A DNA stretch of 64,000 nt from Candidatus Campbellbacteria bacterium (GTDB taxonomy: Bacteria > Patescibacteriota > Minisyncoccia > Phycocordibacterales > EsbW-18): contig BTUR01000003.1 of NCBI GenBank assembly GCA_045863475.1, positions 8,647 to 72,646 on the forward strand, in the 5' to 3' direction. Under the pieces are notes generated by a model, which had not been told where the DNA came from, ran no database searches, and was given only the letters and a program-made list of their open reading frames with translations. The position numbers and the translations under genes are program-made. Positions within the stretch are counted from its first letter, which is position 1. Every line of letters starts with the position of its first letter. Shown in pieces: positions 10,697 to 18,977 of the stretch.

Positions 10697-11329
10697 CTAC
10701 GGTAGATATGCCGGATTTATTCTTACAAAACCTCGATCACTAGAATTAAAAAGGAATAAATCAACAACTTGAACTTCTTTTGCTACTCGTTTTTGAATAA
10801 CGCCACATGCGTCGTAGTACCTTTTCCCCTTAAATGGCTCACCCTTAAAAAAAGTTTCATGTATGTCGATATAGTCAGATGGCTCCTTTAAATCATGAGA
10901 AAACAAGTGTTCAAGCACGTAGCACCCCACCTCTTTTGAATCTAGACTTCCAAACACTATTTTTTTATCTTTGACTTCCAATACTCCATCCTTGAAAGAA
11001 AATCTAATTTTCTCATCGTCATCCGTATCAGTCCCTAAGTTTTTACAAATTGCTGGGTGTGCCTCCAAGTTTATGCAGTATTGTCCAAAAAGTTCCTCAT
11101 CGTTTGAATTTGCCGGAGTCGCCAAGTAGATATCTCCAACACCAATTACTGCGTAGTGTTCACTGATTTTATGTTTCAATATAGAAACACCCGCATCCAT
11201 TGAAAGACCCTGTCTTTTAAAGTTTACCTCTGAAAGAGTAATTGGGAAAAAATCGTCCTCTTGCTTTTGCTCGTGTGCAGGAAGGGCGGCACAAATTAAT
11301 TCCAGTACCTTTCGAACGTCGACTTCCAT
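10697..11329 (-). CDS. hypothetical protein of the mobile-element module
   Basis: 210-aa ORF immediately downstream of the XRE regulator, same strand. No recognisable motif. Confidence 0.45.
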   Translation of the reverse strand: MEVDVRKVLELICAALPAHEQKQEDDFFPITLSEVNFKRQGLSMDAGVSILKHKISEHYAVIGVGDIYLATPANSNDEELFGQYCINLEAHPAICKNLGTDTDDDEKIRFSFKDGVLEVKDKKIVFGSLDSKEVGCYVLEHLFSHDLKEPSDYIDIHETFFKGEPFKGKRYYDACGVIQKRVAKEVQVVDLFLFNSSDRGFVRINPAYLP

Positions 11330-11337
11330 AGGTGCCC

Positions 11338-11550
11338 TTAAAAGTCCACAAGATCATTAACGCGCTTTCCCAAAGCGCGTGCAATTTTCTCCATATTTGT
11401 GAGGGTGATATTTTTCTCTGCACGTTCAATCATTCCGATATAGGTTCTATGAACCTTGGCTAGTTCTCCCAAACGCTCCTGGGAATAGCCCTTTCGCTCA
11501 CGTTCCTCTCGCACCCTTTTGCCAAATTGTATGAGTATTTGTTTGTTCAT
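11338..11550 (-). CDS. XRE-family helix-turn-helix transcriptional regulator (Cro/CI-like)
   Basis: HTH region QERLGELAKVHRTYIGMIERAEKNITLTNMEKIARAL. First gene of the minus-strand Rep/recombinase operon. Confidence 0.8.
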   Translation of the reverse strand: MNKQILIQFGKRVREERERKGYSQERLGELAKVHRTYIGMIERAEKNITLTNMEKIARALGKRVNDLVDF

Positions 11551-11562
11551 ACCTACACCCAC

Positions 11563-11760
11563 AGTGTAGGTAGTTGCTAACTATGGTTCTACATACTATA
11601 GTTAGCATATTATGAACACCTATTATCGCCCCCTTCTTTATTTTATCTGCGGGCTCATCCTAAGCTTTGTTATATTGTCCTGGCTCAAATAAGGGCTGAT
11701 TTGTAACGCCAAACGTGCTACAATTGCTTAAAATATGGCTAATATGCTACTCCAAAACCT
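11563..11760. promoter_or_regulatory. divergent promoter/operator region between the XRE-Rep-recombinase operon and the nucleotidyltransferase operon
   Basis: Perfect inverted repeat CCTACAC-ccaca-GTGTAGG at 11564-11584. Inverted copies of the 9-mer TAGTTAGCA (TGCTAACTA at about 11574-11582 and TAGTTAGCA at about 11600-11609). The 17-mer ATACTATAGTTAGCATA recurs at 9637-9654 at the recombinase start. Confidence 0.4.
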
Positions 11761-12651
11761 ATGGCCACCACGCTTAAAGAAAGCTTTAGACAATTTGCAT
11801 CAAATGTAAATATTACAGATCGTCAAACGACGATTGTCTCAAACTGCAGGAATAACATTGTCAGTAAGATTGGTGCAAAATTGTCTTTGCACTCGGAACA
11901 GCCGTCAAAACTAATTGGTTCGTACGACAGAGATACTTCAACAAGATATCTAAGTGAGGGAGATGTTGATGTGATGGTTGTTTTACATTATGGAGACAAC
12001 GAAGACTGGGATAACAAAGACGGTGTTTCAAAATCGTTGAATCGGTTTAAGTCCATCCTACAAGAAGCATACCCGAAAACTACCTGTAAGATCGATAGAA
12101 ACTGTGTCACGATGAAATTATCCGAATTCCGTTTGGATGTCATTCCAACGTTTAGGTGGAATACCGGAGAATATACAATTCCAGATACACATCGTGGACA
12201 GTGGCTAAAAACTAACCCGGTAAGATTTGCCGAAGAGGTTACACGAATTAATAAACGAATGGATGGGACATTTATTCCCTTGATAAAAATGGTTAAGGCT
12301 TGGAACAGAGAATATACAAACAAACTTAGAGGATTTCACATCGAATGCATGATGATGGCACACTACAAGAATTATGATAAATCATACACGTATGATTCGA
12401 CCCTGAATGTGTTTTTTTCCAATCTTCCAAATTACTTAAATACAGCGTCATATGATCCAATTACAGGAGATAGGGTTGATTTATATCTCGACAACAGTTC
12501 TCTGGGCAACGATAGACAAACTTTTGTAAAGAGGGCTCAAAATACAGCAAAAAAATCTAAAGAAGCATACGAGGATGGAGAAAAATATCCGATCGTAGCT
12601 GTTGATGAATGGAAAGACATACTCGGTGAATTTTTCCCAGCTTATGGATAA
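11761..12651 (+). CDS. minimal nucleotidyltransferase of the SMODS/CD-NTase type
   Basis: Signature GS-x11-[DE]-x-D in GSYDRDTSTRYLSEGDVDVMVVL, plus a downstream third acidic strand motif RLDVIP. About 296 aa, typical for SMODS/cGAS-DncV-like enzymes. Confidence 0.6.
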   Translation: MATTLKESFRQFASNVNITDRQTTIVSNCRNNIVSKIGAKLSLHSEQPSKLIGSYDRDTSTRYLSEGDVDVMVVLHYGDNEDWDNKDGVSKSLNRFKSILQEAYPKTTCKIDRNCVTMKLSEFRLDVIPTFRWNTGEYTIPDTHRGQWLKTNPVRFAEEVTRINKRMDGTFIPLIKMVKAWNREYTNKLRGFHIECMMMAHYKNYDKSYTYDSTLNVFFSNLPNYLNTASYDPITGDRVDLYLDNSSLGNDRQTFVKRAQNTAKKSKEAYEDGEKYPIVAVDEWKDILGEFFPAYG

Positions 12652-13471
12652 TCAACAGAAAGCAATCCAACTAAATCAAATTGCTAGAATGCTTTTTAAT
12701 AATGCATCCATTAAGTGGCAATTGTCTATAGGATTAGAACTACTGGCTGGACTCATTGGAGTGGTGGCAACTCTATTGGCAACCACTTTAGGTTGGCAAA
12801 TTTCTAGTGCCATTTGCGTTGTTGTTCTATTGCTCGTTGCCTATTACCTATGGTACTCATTCGAGAAAGATTACGATAACGCAGAAACAATGAGACGACA
12901 GTCAGTGCTAACAGAAGGACTTGGTTGGCCTATGACTGATGCCCAATTTTCTCATTGGAAAAGCAGGGTTGCGTCAAAACTTTTACAAAAGGCACTATGC
13001 AACAAACGTGATGATGATTACTACACCACAACCGAGAACGTAGGACCAGAACGTTTATTGCAGATGACGCAAGAATCAGTTTTTTGGACTAGGAATCTTT
13101 ATGAAAGGCTTTTTAAATATATACTGGTGTGTTTGGTGTTAGTGGTAATCTCTCTCATTATCACTTTAAATATTGCGGTATTACCTCAAGACGAACAAGT
13201 CAGGTTGAACATCCTACACTTTATTTATCTGGTTATACCGCTACTGCTCACGATTGATTTTTTTGGTTTAGTTCTTCGTTTGCATCGTGCGATTCAGTCT
13301 TTACTGGAAGTCGAAAGAGACTTAGATCGATTAACTAAAGCTGAACATTCCGTCGAGCATATAATGAGATTGGTCGCGGAATATAACTGTATACTTGCTT
13401 CAGGAGTACCTATACCTAACTGGCTATTTTCTCGTCATCATGATGAGATACAGGCGTGTTGGAAAGAATAA
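12643..13471 (+). CDS. multi-pass membrane protein, candidate effector partner of the nucleotidyltransferase (SLATT-like?)
   Basis: Start ATG overlaps the upstream stop (ATGGATAA). Two N-terminal TM helices and two later TM helices. The ORF track gives the start as 12602. Confidence 0.5.
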
Positions 13472-14019
13472 ATATGTTAAACCGAATTTTTAAAAAGAAA
13501 AATACCCCATATTTCATAATAGTCATACTATTGGTTTGGGTTGCGTATCAGTACCTAGCAATTGCTAGTCTTAAGTCAACCGAGCTTTATCTGTATTCTT
13601 ATGTACCTCATGTTGAATTGAGTAGCACAAAATATCAGTCTGGAAGCGAGACACTATTTCACATCACAGGATTTGTAAAATTTAACAACACTACAGACCA
13701 ACCACGAAGACTTTGGCAATATCAGATTATTGAACCTTCAAACAAAATTGATGGGAGTGGAAATCGTATATACCTACTGACAGACATTATAAAATTGGAC
13801 TATGTACCACCGAGATATTTTGAACCAGTAGAAATCAAAGAGGTTCAAGATACAGGTTCTCTCGTTACCTTCACTGATGAGGCTGGCAACATATTCAGAA
13901 TCAACAAACTAACCGAAGAAGTATCGGTACAGGACACAACAGGAGATTCAACAACCCTTATAACAAATGAAAATGACTATAAGGACTTTATGAGAGAGTT
14001 TCTTCGGGGAGAGCAATAG
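13456..14019 (+). CDS. membrane-anchored protein, third gene of the nucleotidyltransferase operon
   Basis: Start overlaps the preceding gene by 16 nt. Single N-terminal TM helix (YFIIVILLVWVAYQYLAIA) followed by a beta-rich soluble domain. Confidence 0.45.
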   Translation: MLERINMLNRIFKKKNTPYFIIVILLVWVAYQYLAIASLKSTELYLYSYVPHVELSSTKYQSGSETLFHITGFVKFNNTTDQPRRLWQYQIIEPSNKIDGSGNRIYLLTDIIKLDYVPPRYFEPVEIKEVQDTGSLVTFTDEAGNIFRINKLTEEVSVQDTTGDSTTLITNENDYKDFMREFLRGEQ

Positions 14020-14062
14020 TGGTTCCAATATCGTCCCATAATGCCAACTCGATAACTATAGT

Positions 14063-14770
14063 ATGCAGGTAAAAACTTACTTGAACACCACCAAGGAAGA
14101 GGTGGAAGCAAAAGAACATAACATTTGGATTGGGATAAGTCTCGGAAACAAATATTTCACCAAAGAAAACATCCACGCATACATTTTGTGGGCACTTAAG
14201 CATACGAAAGATGATGTGCTTGTGGCAATTATTGACGATATCTATGCAATAAATCTCGAGGTTTTTGATAAGCGATCAAAGGACTCTTCACTTCGTAGGG
14301 CGCGCAGAAAGGGCGATACAAAGGCCGTCGAGGTTCAGGAAATTGTCGATGGTTTGTCTGGTAGGGATAAGGCGCGGGTTCATATAGTTCGGTGGATTGA
14401 CTTAATCAACTCAAAATACCACTCATACAGAACCAAGATACTGTATGACGAGTTTGAATCAAATAAAGCTTTTCACGACTACATTCTCGAGATTATCAGG
14501 GAAGGAAGAAGTGATAGGTTGCAAGAGCTAGACGAAGCGGGGATAGAAAAGTTGGCGGAGTATGTTCTTAAGGAGATACCAGTTTTCATCAACGGGGCAA
14601 AATACAAGACAAAAGATGGGTGGAAAACATACTCACTTATTCCATATCCAGGTCTTACAAAACTCGACGAATTGTTTATTGGTTTGCAGAATAAGGATCT
14701 TTTCTCCGAACTTGCGGAAAAACTAAAGATAACTGATAAGATTGCTATACTCGAGGCTTATCCTCGTTAA
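14063..14770 (+). CDS. tRNA-dependent cyclodipeptide synthase (CDPS)-like protein
   Basis: GISLGNKYF matches the AlbC catalytic-serine pocket GISAGNSYF, and AEYVLKEIPVF matches the AlbC YVLAEAPLF region containing the conserved Tyr/Glu. Size of 235 aa and a basic RRARRK patch also fit the CDPS family. Confidence 0.6.
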   Translation: MQVKTYLNTTKEEVEAKEHNIWIGISLGNKYFTKENIHAYILWALKHTKDDVLVAIIDDIYAINLEVFDKRSKDSSLRRARRKGDTKAVEVQEIVDGLSGRDKARVHIVRWIDLINSKYHSYRTKILYDEFESNKAFHDYILEIIREGRSDRLQELDEAGIEKLAEYVLKEIPVFINGAKYKTKDGWKTYSLIPYPGLTKLDELFIGLQNKDLFSELAEKLKITDKIAILEAYPR

Positions 14771-14820
14771 ATAAGGCGACGGTTCCAACATCGTCCCATA
14801 ATGCCAACAATGGAAAATTT

Positions 14821-14855
14821 GGCGGCTTCTGCCGCCTGAAATTTTGCATATTTTG
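14821..14855 (+). terminator. rho-independent terminator after the CDPS-like gene
   Basis: GGCGGC-TTCT-GCCGCC hairpin followed by TGAAATTTTG. Confidence 0.4.
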
Positions 14856-14916
14856 CGCCGGACTAGGATTCGATGGCCGCAGGCGCGCCATTGGTCCAAG
14901 CGCCGAGGCGGGGTCG

Positions 14917-14986
14917 AGAGTACTTTGCATTTTGTCGTGTACGCGAGCAAAATGCTTAGTAACTCGTGACAGAATCCTGGTCCTAT
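14917..14986. repeat. attC-like imperfect palindrome plus tRNA-Gln-3'-end-like core, copy 1 (copy 2 at 21532..21598)
   Basis: CGAGAGTACTTTGCATTTTGTCG-loop-CGAGCAAAATGCTTAGTAACTCG followed by GAATCCTGGTCC. It is about 90% identical to 21532-21598. Confidence 0.6.
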
Positions 14987-15048
14987 AGGGTTTACGGATC
15001 GAAGGAGAATCCTAGTCCAATAACATTAAGATTTAATCCAATTCATAA

Positions 15049-15678
15049 ATGATATTTCTCACCTCAAGTGTCGGTTCCGTTGCCACACATCTCTACAAGA
15101 ACTTTCTTGCCGACAAAGGGTTTATATCGGTGCTTTTTATTGATACTGCGGCTGAACCAGAAATCGGCAACGGAGAAGATGATGGGTGGCTTCAAAATGA
15201 CCTTCAGTCTCTTCGGGATCAGGGGTACAGAGTGGATCGGTACACAATAACAGGGAAGGAGCGAGGTGAGATTGAAAGGAAGCTCGATGAGTATGATGTT
15301 ATCTACATGTCTGGTGGCAACACGGCTTATTTACTCGACCAGTTGCAGAAGACAAACTCCTTCACTCTAATCAAGGAAAAGGTTGGTCACGGCAAGCCGT
15401 ATATCGCTACGAGTGCAGGTTCGATTATCGCCGGCCCCAGAATTCCCGAGTATCTTAGGGAGGGGGAGCCTGCTCTCGATGATTACACCGCATTCGGTTT
15501 TGTTAATTTTGTAGTGGCCCCGCATTGGGGTTCGGATATATTTAGAGATGAGTACATAGGAGGAAGAATTGAAACCGCATACAGGCTTGATCAGCCGCCG
15601 TATGTTCTTTTGAACGATATGCAGTATATCTTCGTCAACGACGACGGTTTAGTTAGAATCGTAGAGACAAAACCATAA
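15049..15678 (+). CDS. peptidase family S51 (dipeptidase E / cyanophycinase-like)
   Basis: MSGGNTAYL (GGNT motif) and the nucleophile-Ser motif ATSAGS, plus a downstream His (PHWGSD). 209 aa. Confidence 0.7.
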   Translation: MIFLTSSVGSVATHLYKNFLADKGFISVLFIDTAAEPEIGNGEDDGWLQNDLQSLRDQGYRVDRYTITGKERGEIERKLDEYDVIYMSGGNTAYLLDQLQKTNSFTLIKEKVGHGKPYIATSAGSIIAGPRIPEYLREGEPALDDYTAFGFVNFVVAPHWGSDIFRDEYIGGRIETAYRLDQPPYVLLNDMQYIFVNDDGLVRIVETKP

Positions 15679-15716
15679 CTCGAATCCTAGTCCGGGGTAT
15701 TTTAATTTTTTCAACC

Positions 15717-16883
15717 ATGAAAGTTCTACTCACCGGTGTTGCTGGAACGGGAAAATCGACGCTCACAAAAGCCTTGGTGGGAAGAGGAATTGCAGCGATA
15801 GACCTCCACGACATCCCCGGTCTGTGTTATTGGCAGGACAAAAAGACAAAACAAAAAGTTGAATATGTTCCAACCAACTCGCGAGAATGGTTTGATACGG
15901 TGGACCGCTTATGCGACATCGAGCAATTGAAAGAGGTTCTTAATCAACAAGACAGCATTATTGTCGCAGGTACAGCAGGCGAGAGTCAGAGCGAATATCT
16001 TCCGCTTTTTGATAAAGTTATACTTTTGCAATGTAGTCCAGAAACTGTTGTACGCCGTATGCAAACACGGACCAATAAATCTGGATACGGAAAAACAAAA
16101 GCAGAACAGGATGACACCGTTGAGTGGCAGAAAGGATTTGACTCAGAACTTCTCTCACGTGGTGCGATTCCTCTTAATACGGAAGGTGATGTTGATGAAA
16201 CCGTAGACAGAATTATTGAGATAACAAAAATACCCTCGCGGTCCTGGTCCAGAAACAAAAACATGAGTGCAACAAAGGAAGAAATTGAGGTTATTTTTCT
16301 TGAAATCGACAAAGACGAGGTGGAGAAGAAACTCGCCGCTCTTGGCGCCACAAAAACACGTGATTTCTTTTACCGGCATGCCTCATTCGATTATCCAGAT
16401 TATCGGCTCAATAAAGACAACAGCTGGATACGCTTGCGTGATGAGGACGGAGAAGTGCGATTGGCATTCAAGAAGCGTCTTGGCGTTACATCGCAGGACG
16501 GCAGCACGAACGACGAGGGTATGGAAGAAATTGAAACCACCGTGGGAAATTATGAAAATACCAAAATCCTTCTAGGAAAGGTTGGGTTCATCGAGAAACA
16601 CGAAGCAGAAAAGAAACGGACACGGTGGCAGTTGGGGGAGACAGAATTCGATATCGACACATGGCCGGGCATCCCGACGTTCCTTGAAATCGAGGCACCG
16701 TCATGGGAAGCGATTGATGAGGCAACGCAATCCCTCGGGTTGGACCCGAAGAGCAGAAAAATCTGCTCGGTGAACCAGGTGTACCGCATGTACGGTATGG
16801 ATGTTGATGATTATCAGAAACTCAGCTTCAACGGATTGGTCAAGAAACAACCGAATCTTAGTCCGGCAACAAATAAAAAATAA
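15717..16883 (+). CDS. fusion of a P-loop (uridine-kinase-like) kinase domain and a CYTH domain (CyaB/thiamine-triphosphatase fold)
   Basis: N-terminus LLTGVAGTGKSTL Walker A. C-terminal half carries IRLR and the terminal EFDIDTWPGIPTFLEIE motif typical of CYTH domains. The N-domain is paralogous to ORF 18978..19478. Confidence 0.6.
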   Translation: MKVLLTGVAGTGKSTLTKALVGRGIAAIDLHDIPGLCYWQDKKTKQKVEYVPTNSREWFDTVDRLCDIEQLKEVLNQQDSIIVAGTAGESQSEYLPLFDKVILLQCSPETVVRRMQTRTNKSGYGKTKAEQDDTVEWQKGFDSELLSRGAIPLNTEGDVDETVDRIIEITKIPSRSWSRNKNMSATKEEIEVIFLEIDKDEVEKKLAALGATKTRDFFYRHASFDYPDYRLNKDNSWIRLRDEDGEVRLAFKKRLGVTSQDGSTNDEGMEEIETTVGNYENTKILLGKVGFIEKHEAEKKRTRWQLGETEFDIDTWPGIPTFLEIEAPSWEAIDEATQSLGLDPKSRKICSVNQVYRMYGMDVDDYQKLSFNGLVKKQPNLSPATNKK

Positions 16884-16888
16884 TTTGT

Positions 16889-17020
16889 ATGCATAAGGCA
16901 GAACCATCTGAAGAGCTGTTGCAATGTTATGACGAGGAAGGAAATCATTCCGAACCGCCAATTGCAGAGCTATCTGGAAATTGTAATTTTCATACTCCAT
17001 ATATTGACTTTCCAATATAA
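16889..17020 (+). pseudogene. truncated duplicate of the 5' end of the Nudix gene
   Basis: MHKAEPSEELLQCYDEEGN... is highly similar to the Nudix N-terminus at 20030 (MHKAEPPQELLQCYDDQGS), then diverges and stops after 43 codons. Confidence 0.5.
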
Positions 17021-17158
17021 AGATGATATAATCCCCATCGGAGGCATCAGGAGGTGCTTCTTCCAAAACAACCATTTCGGAGGGAGGTCTCCTTGAAAAA
17101 CGAATATCCTGATTCACGCTGGTTGAGCACTGCGCTCGCCCTGCCTGCCGGTCAGATC

Positions 17159-17896
17159 ATGGCTGAGAAGTTCAGTGTGGGCACAACCTCGGTTTGGAAG
17201 TCCGACCGGACTCCCGTCACCGAGGCCGACACCCAGATCAACGAGCTCGTCCTCAACGCACTTCGCCGCCACTACCCCCACATCCACGTGATCTCGGAGG
17301 AAGGCAATGGCGAGGTGGACGGCGCCGAGTATCGCATCCTCTGCGATCCTCTCGACGGCACGTTTGCGTTCATGTACGGGCTTCCGATTTCGTCGTTCTG
17401 CATCTCGGTGCTCCGCGAGAACACGGTCCTGTCGTCGGTCATCTATGACCCGTTCTGCAAGAGAATGTGGTCGGCGGATCGAGGCAAGGGCGCGTTCCTC
17501 AACGGAGCTCCGACGCGGGTCAACGTGATCGACGGCATCACGAAGCCCAATCCGGTGAACGTGTGCATCGTGTGGTGGCAGGGATGCTACTACAATATGC
17601 ACGCAGTCGCTGGTGAGGTCATGGCCGCCAACATGCACGTCATGCAACCCATGACGATCGCACTATGTGGAGGCCTCATCGCTTCGGGCACGCTCGAGGC
17701 GACTGTGTTTCCCGGTCAGAGAGGTTGGGAAACGGCTGCGATGGGTCTGATTGTGGAAGAGTCCGGTGGCAAGGTCACCGACATCCACGGCAATCCCGTC
17801 CAGTACGGACCGACCGCCGAGATCGAAGGGCACATCATCAGCAACGGCACCCTCGTTCACAACTCGCTTGTCGATATCGTGCGGAGGTGTCAGTAA
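17159..17896 (+). CDS. inositol monophosphatase family phosphatase (SuhB/CysQ-like, possible 3'(2'),5'-bisphosphate nucleotidase)
   Basis: DPLDGT metal-binding motif and WETAAMGLIVEESGG (WDxAAG-like). GC is clearly higher than in neighbouring genes. Confidence 0.75.
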   Translation: MAEKFSVGTTSVWKSDRTPVTEADTQINELVLNALRRHYPHIHVISEEGNGEVDGAEYRILCDPLDGTFAFMYGLPISSFCISVLRENTVLSSVIYDPFCKRMWSADRGKGAFLNGAPTRVNVIDGITKPNPVNVCIVWWQGCYYNMHAVAGEVMAANMHVMQPMTIALCGGLIASGTLEATVFPGQRGWETAAMGLIVEESGGKVTDIHGNPVQYGPTAEIEGHIISNGTLVHNSLVDIVRRCQ

Positions 17897-17967
17897 CAGG
17901 AATCAGGCAGAAGACAGGGACCCAATGGCCACGAGCCAGTGGGTCCCTTTTGCTATATACTTTTTAC

Positions 17968-18933
17968 ATGGATATACTCTCAGCTTTTAAAGAGGGAAAG
18001 GTAGATGGAGAAAACTCAACACCTGAACATATTGTTACGGGTATTTCAAACATTTTTGTATTTGAAACAAAGGCATACAAACTCTATAAGAGTGACAGTC
18101 AATTTTTTAACGAGAATTTCAACGACCTGTCTAAGAAAGAAAATAGATTCTCTTTCACGAGGAAAGATTTTGAATGGAATAACCGTCTGAGTCCTGAGAT
18201 TTACACTCAACTAAAAGGGGTGGTGGTTAGTGATGGTCGAGTTAAGTTTGTCGATCCAACAGATTCTGTTGAAGAGCTTGTGATTGTTATGAATAAGATT
18301 GACATGTCAGATCAGGTCATCCGAAAGCTTGTAGACAATCAGCTGTCACTTAACGATTGTTATGAAATCGGAAAGCAGTTCGGCGAACGCTCTTTAAAAC
18401 TTCCTCCGGCAAGTGTGAATATAACTGCGTACAAAGATTTCCTCACTCGTCATCACGATGAAGCTGCTTGGATAAAGAGTGTGAAGGAGGTGCCGGAAGA
18501 TGAAGCCGACAAGTATCTTACGTTCGTTAAAGATTGTATCGAGAAATACCGCGAGATCCTTGAAAGTTCTAACCAAATAGGGCTCTGTTTAGATGTGCAT
18601 GCTGATAACGCAATTTATACGAATGGCACCTTTTTGCCCATAGATACGTATGCACCAAAGGAAGCCTGGCTGTATGGATTCAAAAATATAAATATCTACA
18701 GAATTGCGACGGATTTCTATGTCTTCCTGGGTGAGGAAGCTTTTAATGAGGTTATTCGTGGTTATGAGGATGCAACTGGTCAAAAGCTTCCAAGGGACTG
18801 GGATACTTTCATGGTTGTTTATTGTGAGATCATCATGTGGCCGTATCAATACATGCTTGCCGAAAAACAACCTTGGAGAAAAGATATCGCAGAAAAGCAT
18901 CATACATTTTTGAGGTCGTTGGTGCTTAAGTAA
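17968..18933 (+). CDS. hypothetical protein with possible kinase-like (APH/protein-kinase fold) catalytic region
   Basis: 321 aa. LDVHADNAIYTNG resembles an HxDxxxxN catalytic loop and IDTY a metal-binding Asp. The start is set at ATG 17968 because the long ORF overlaps the previous gene. Weak assignment. Confidence 0.4.
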   Translation: MDILSAFKEGKVDGENSTPEHIVTGISNIFVFETKAYKLYKSDSQFFNENFNDLSKKENRFSFTRKDFEWNNRLSPEIYTQLKGVVVSDGRVKFVDPTDSVEELVIVMNKIDMSDQVIRKLVDNQLSLNDCYEIGKQFGERSLKLPPASVNITAYKDFLTRHHDEAAWIKSVKEVPEDEADKYLTFVKDCIEKYREILESSNQIGLCLDVHADNAIYTNGTFLPIDTYAPKEAWLYGFKNINIYRIATDFYVFLGEEAFNEVIRGYEDATGQKLPRDWDTFMVVYCEIIMWPYQYMLAEKQPWRKDIAEKHHTFLRSLVLK

Positions 18934-18977
18934 AATTCCCAGCATCGTCCCATAAGGTCAACAAAAAAATTCTTACC

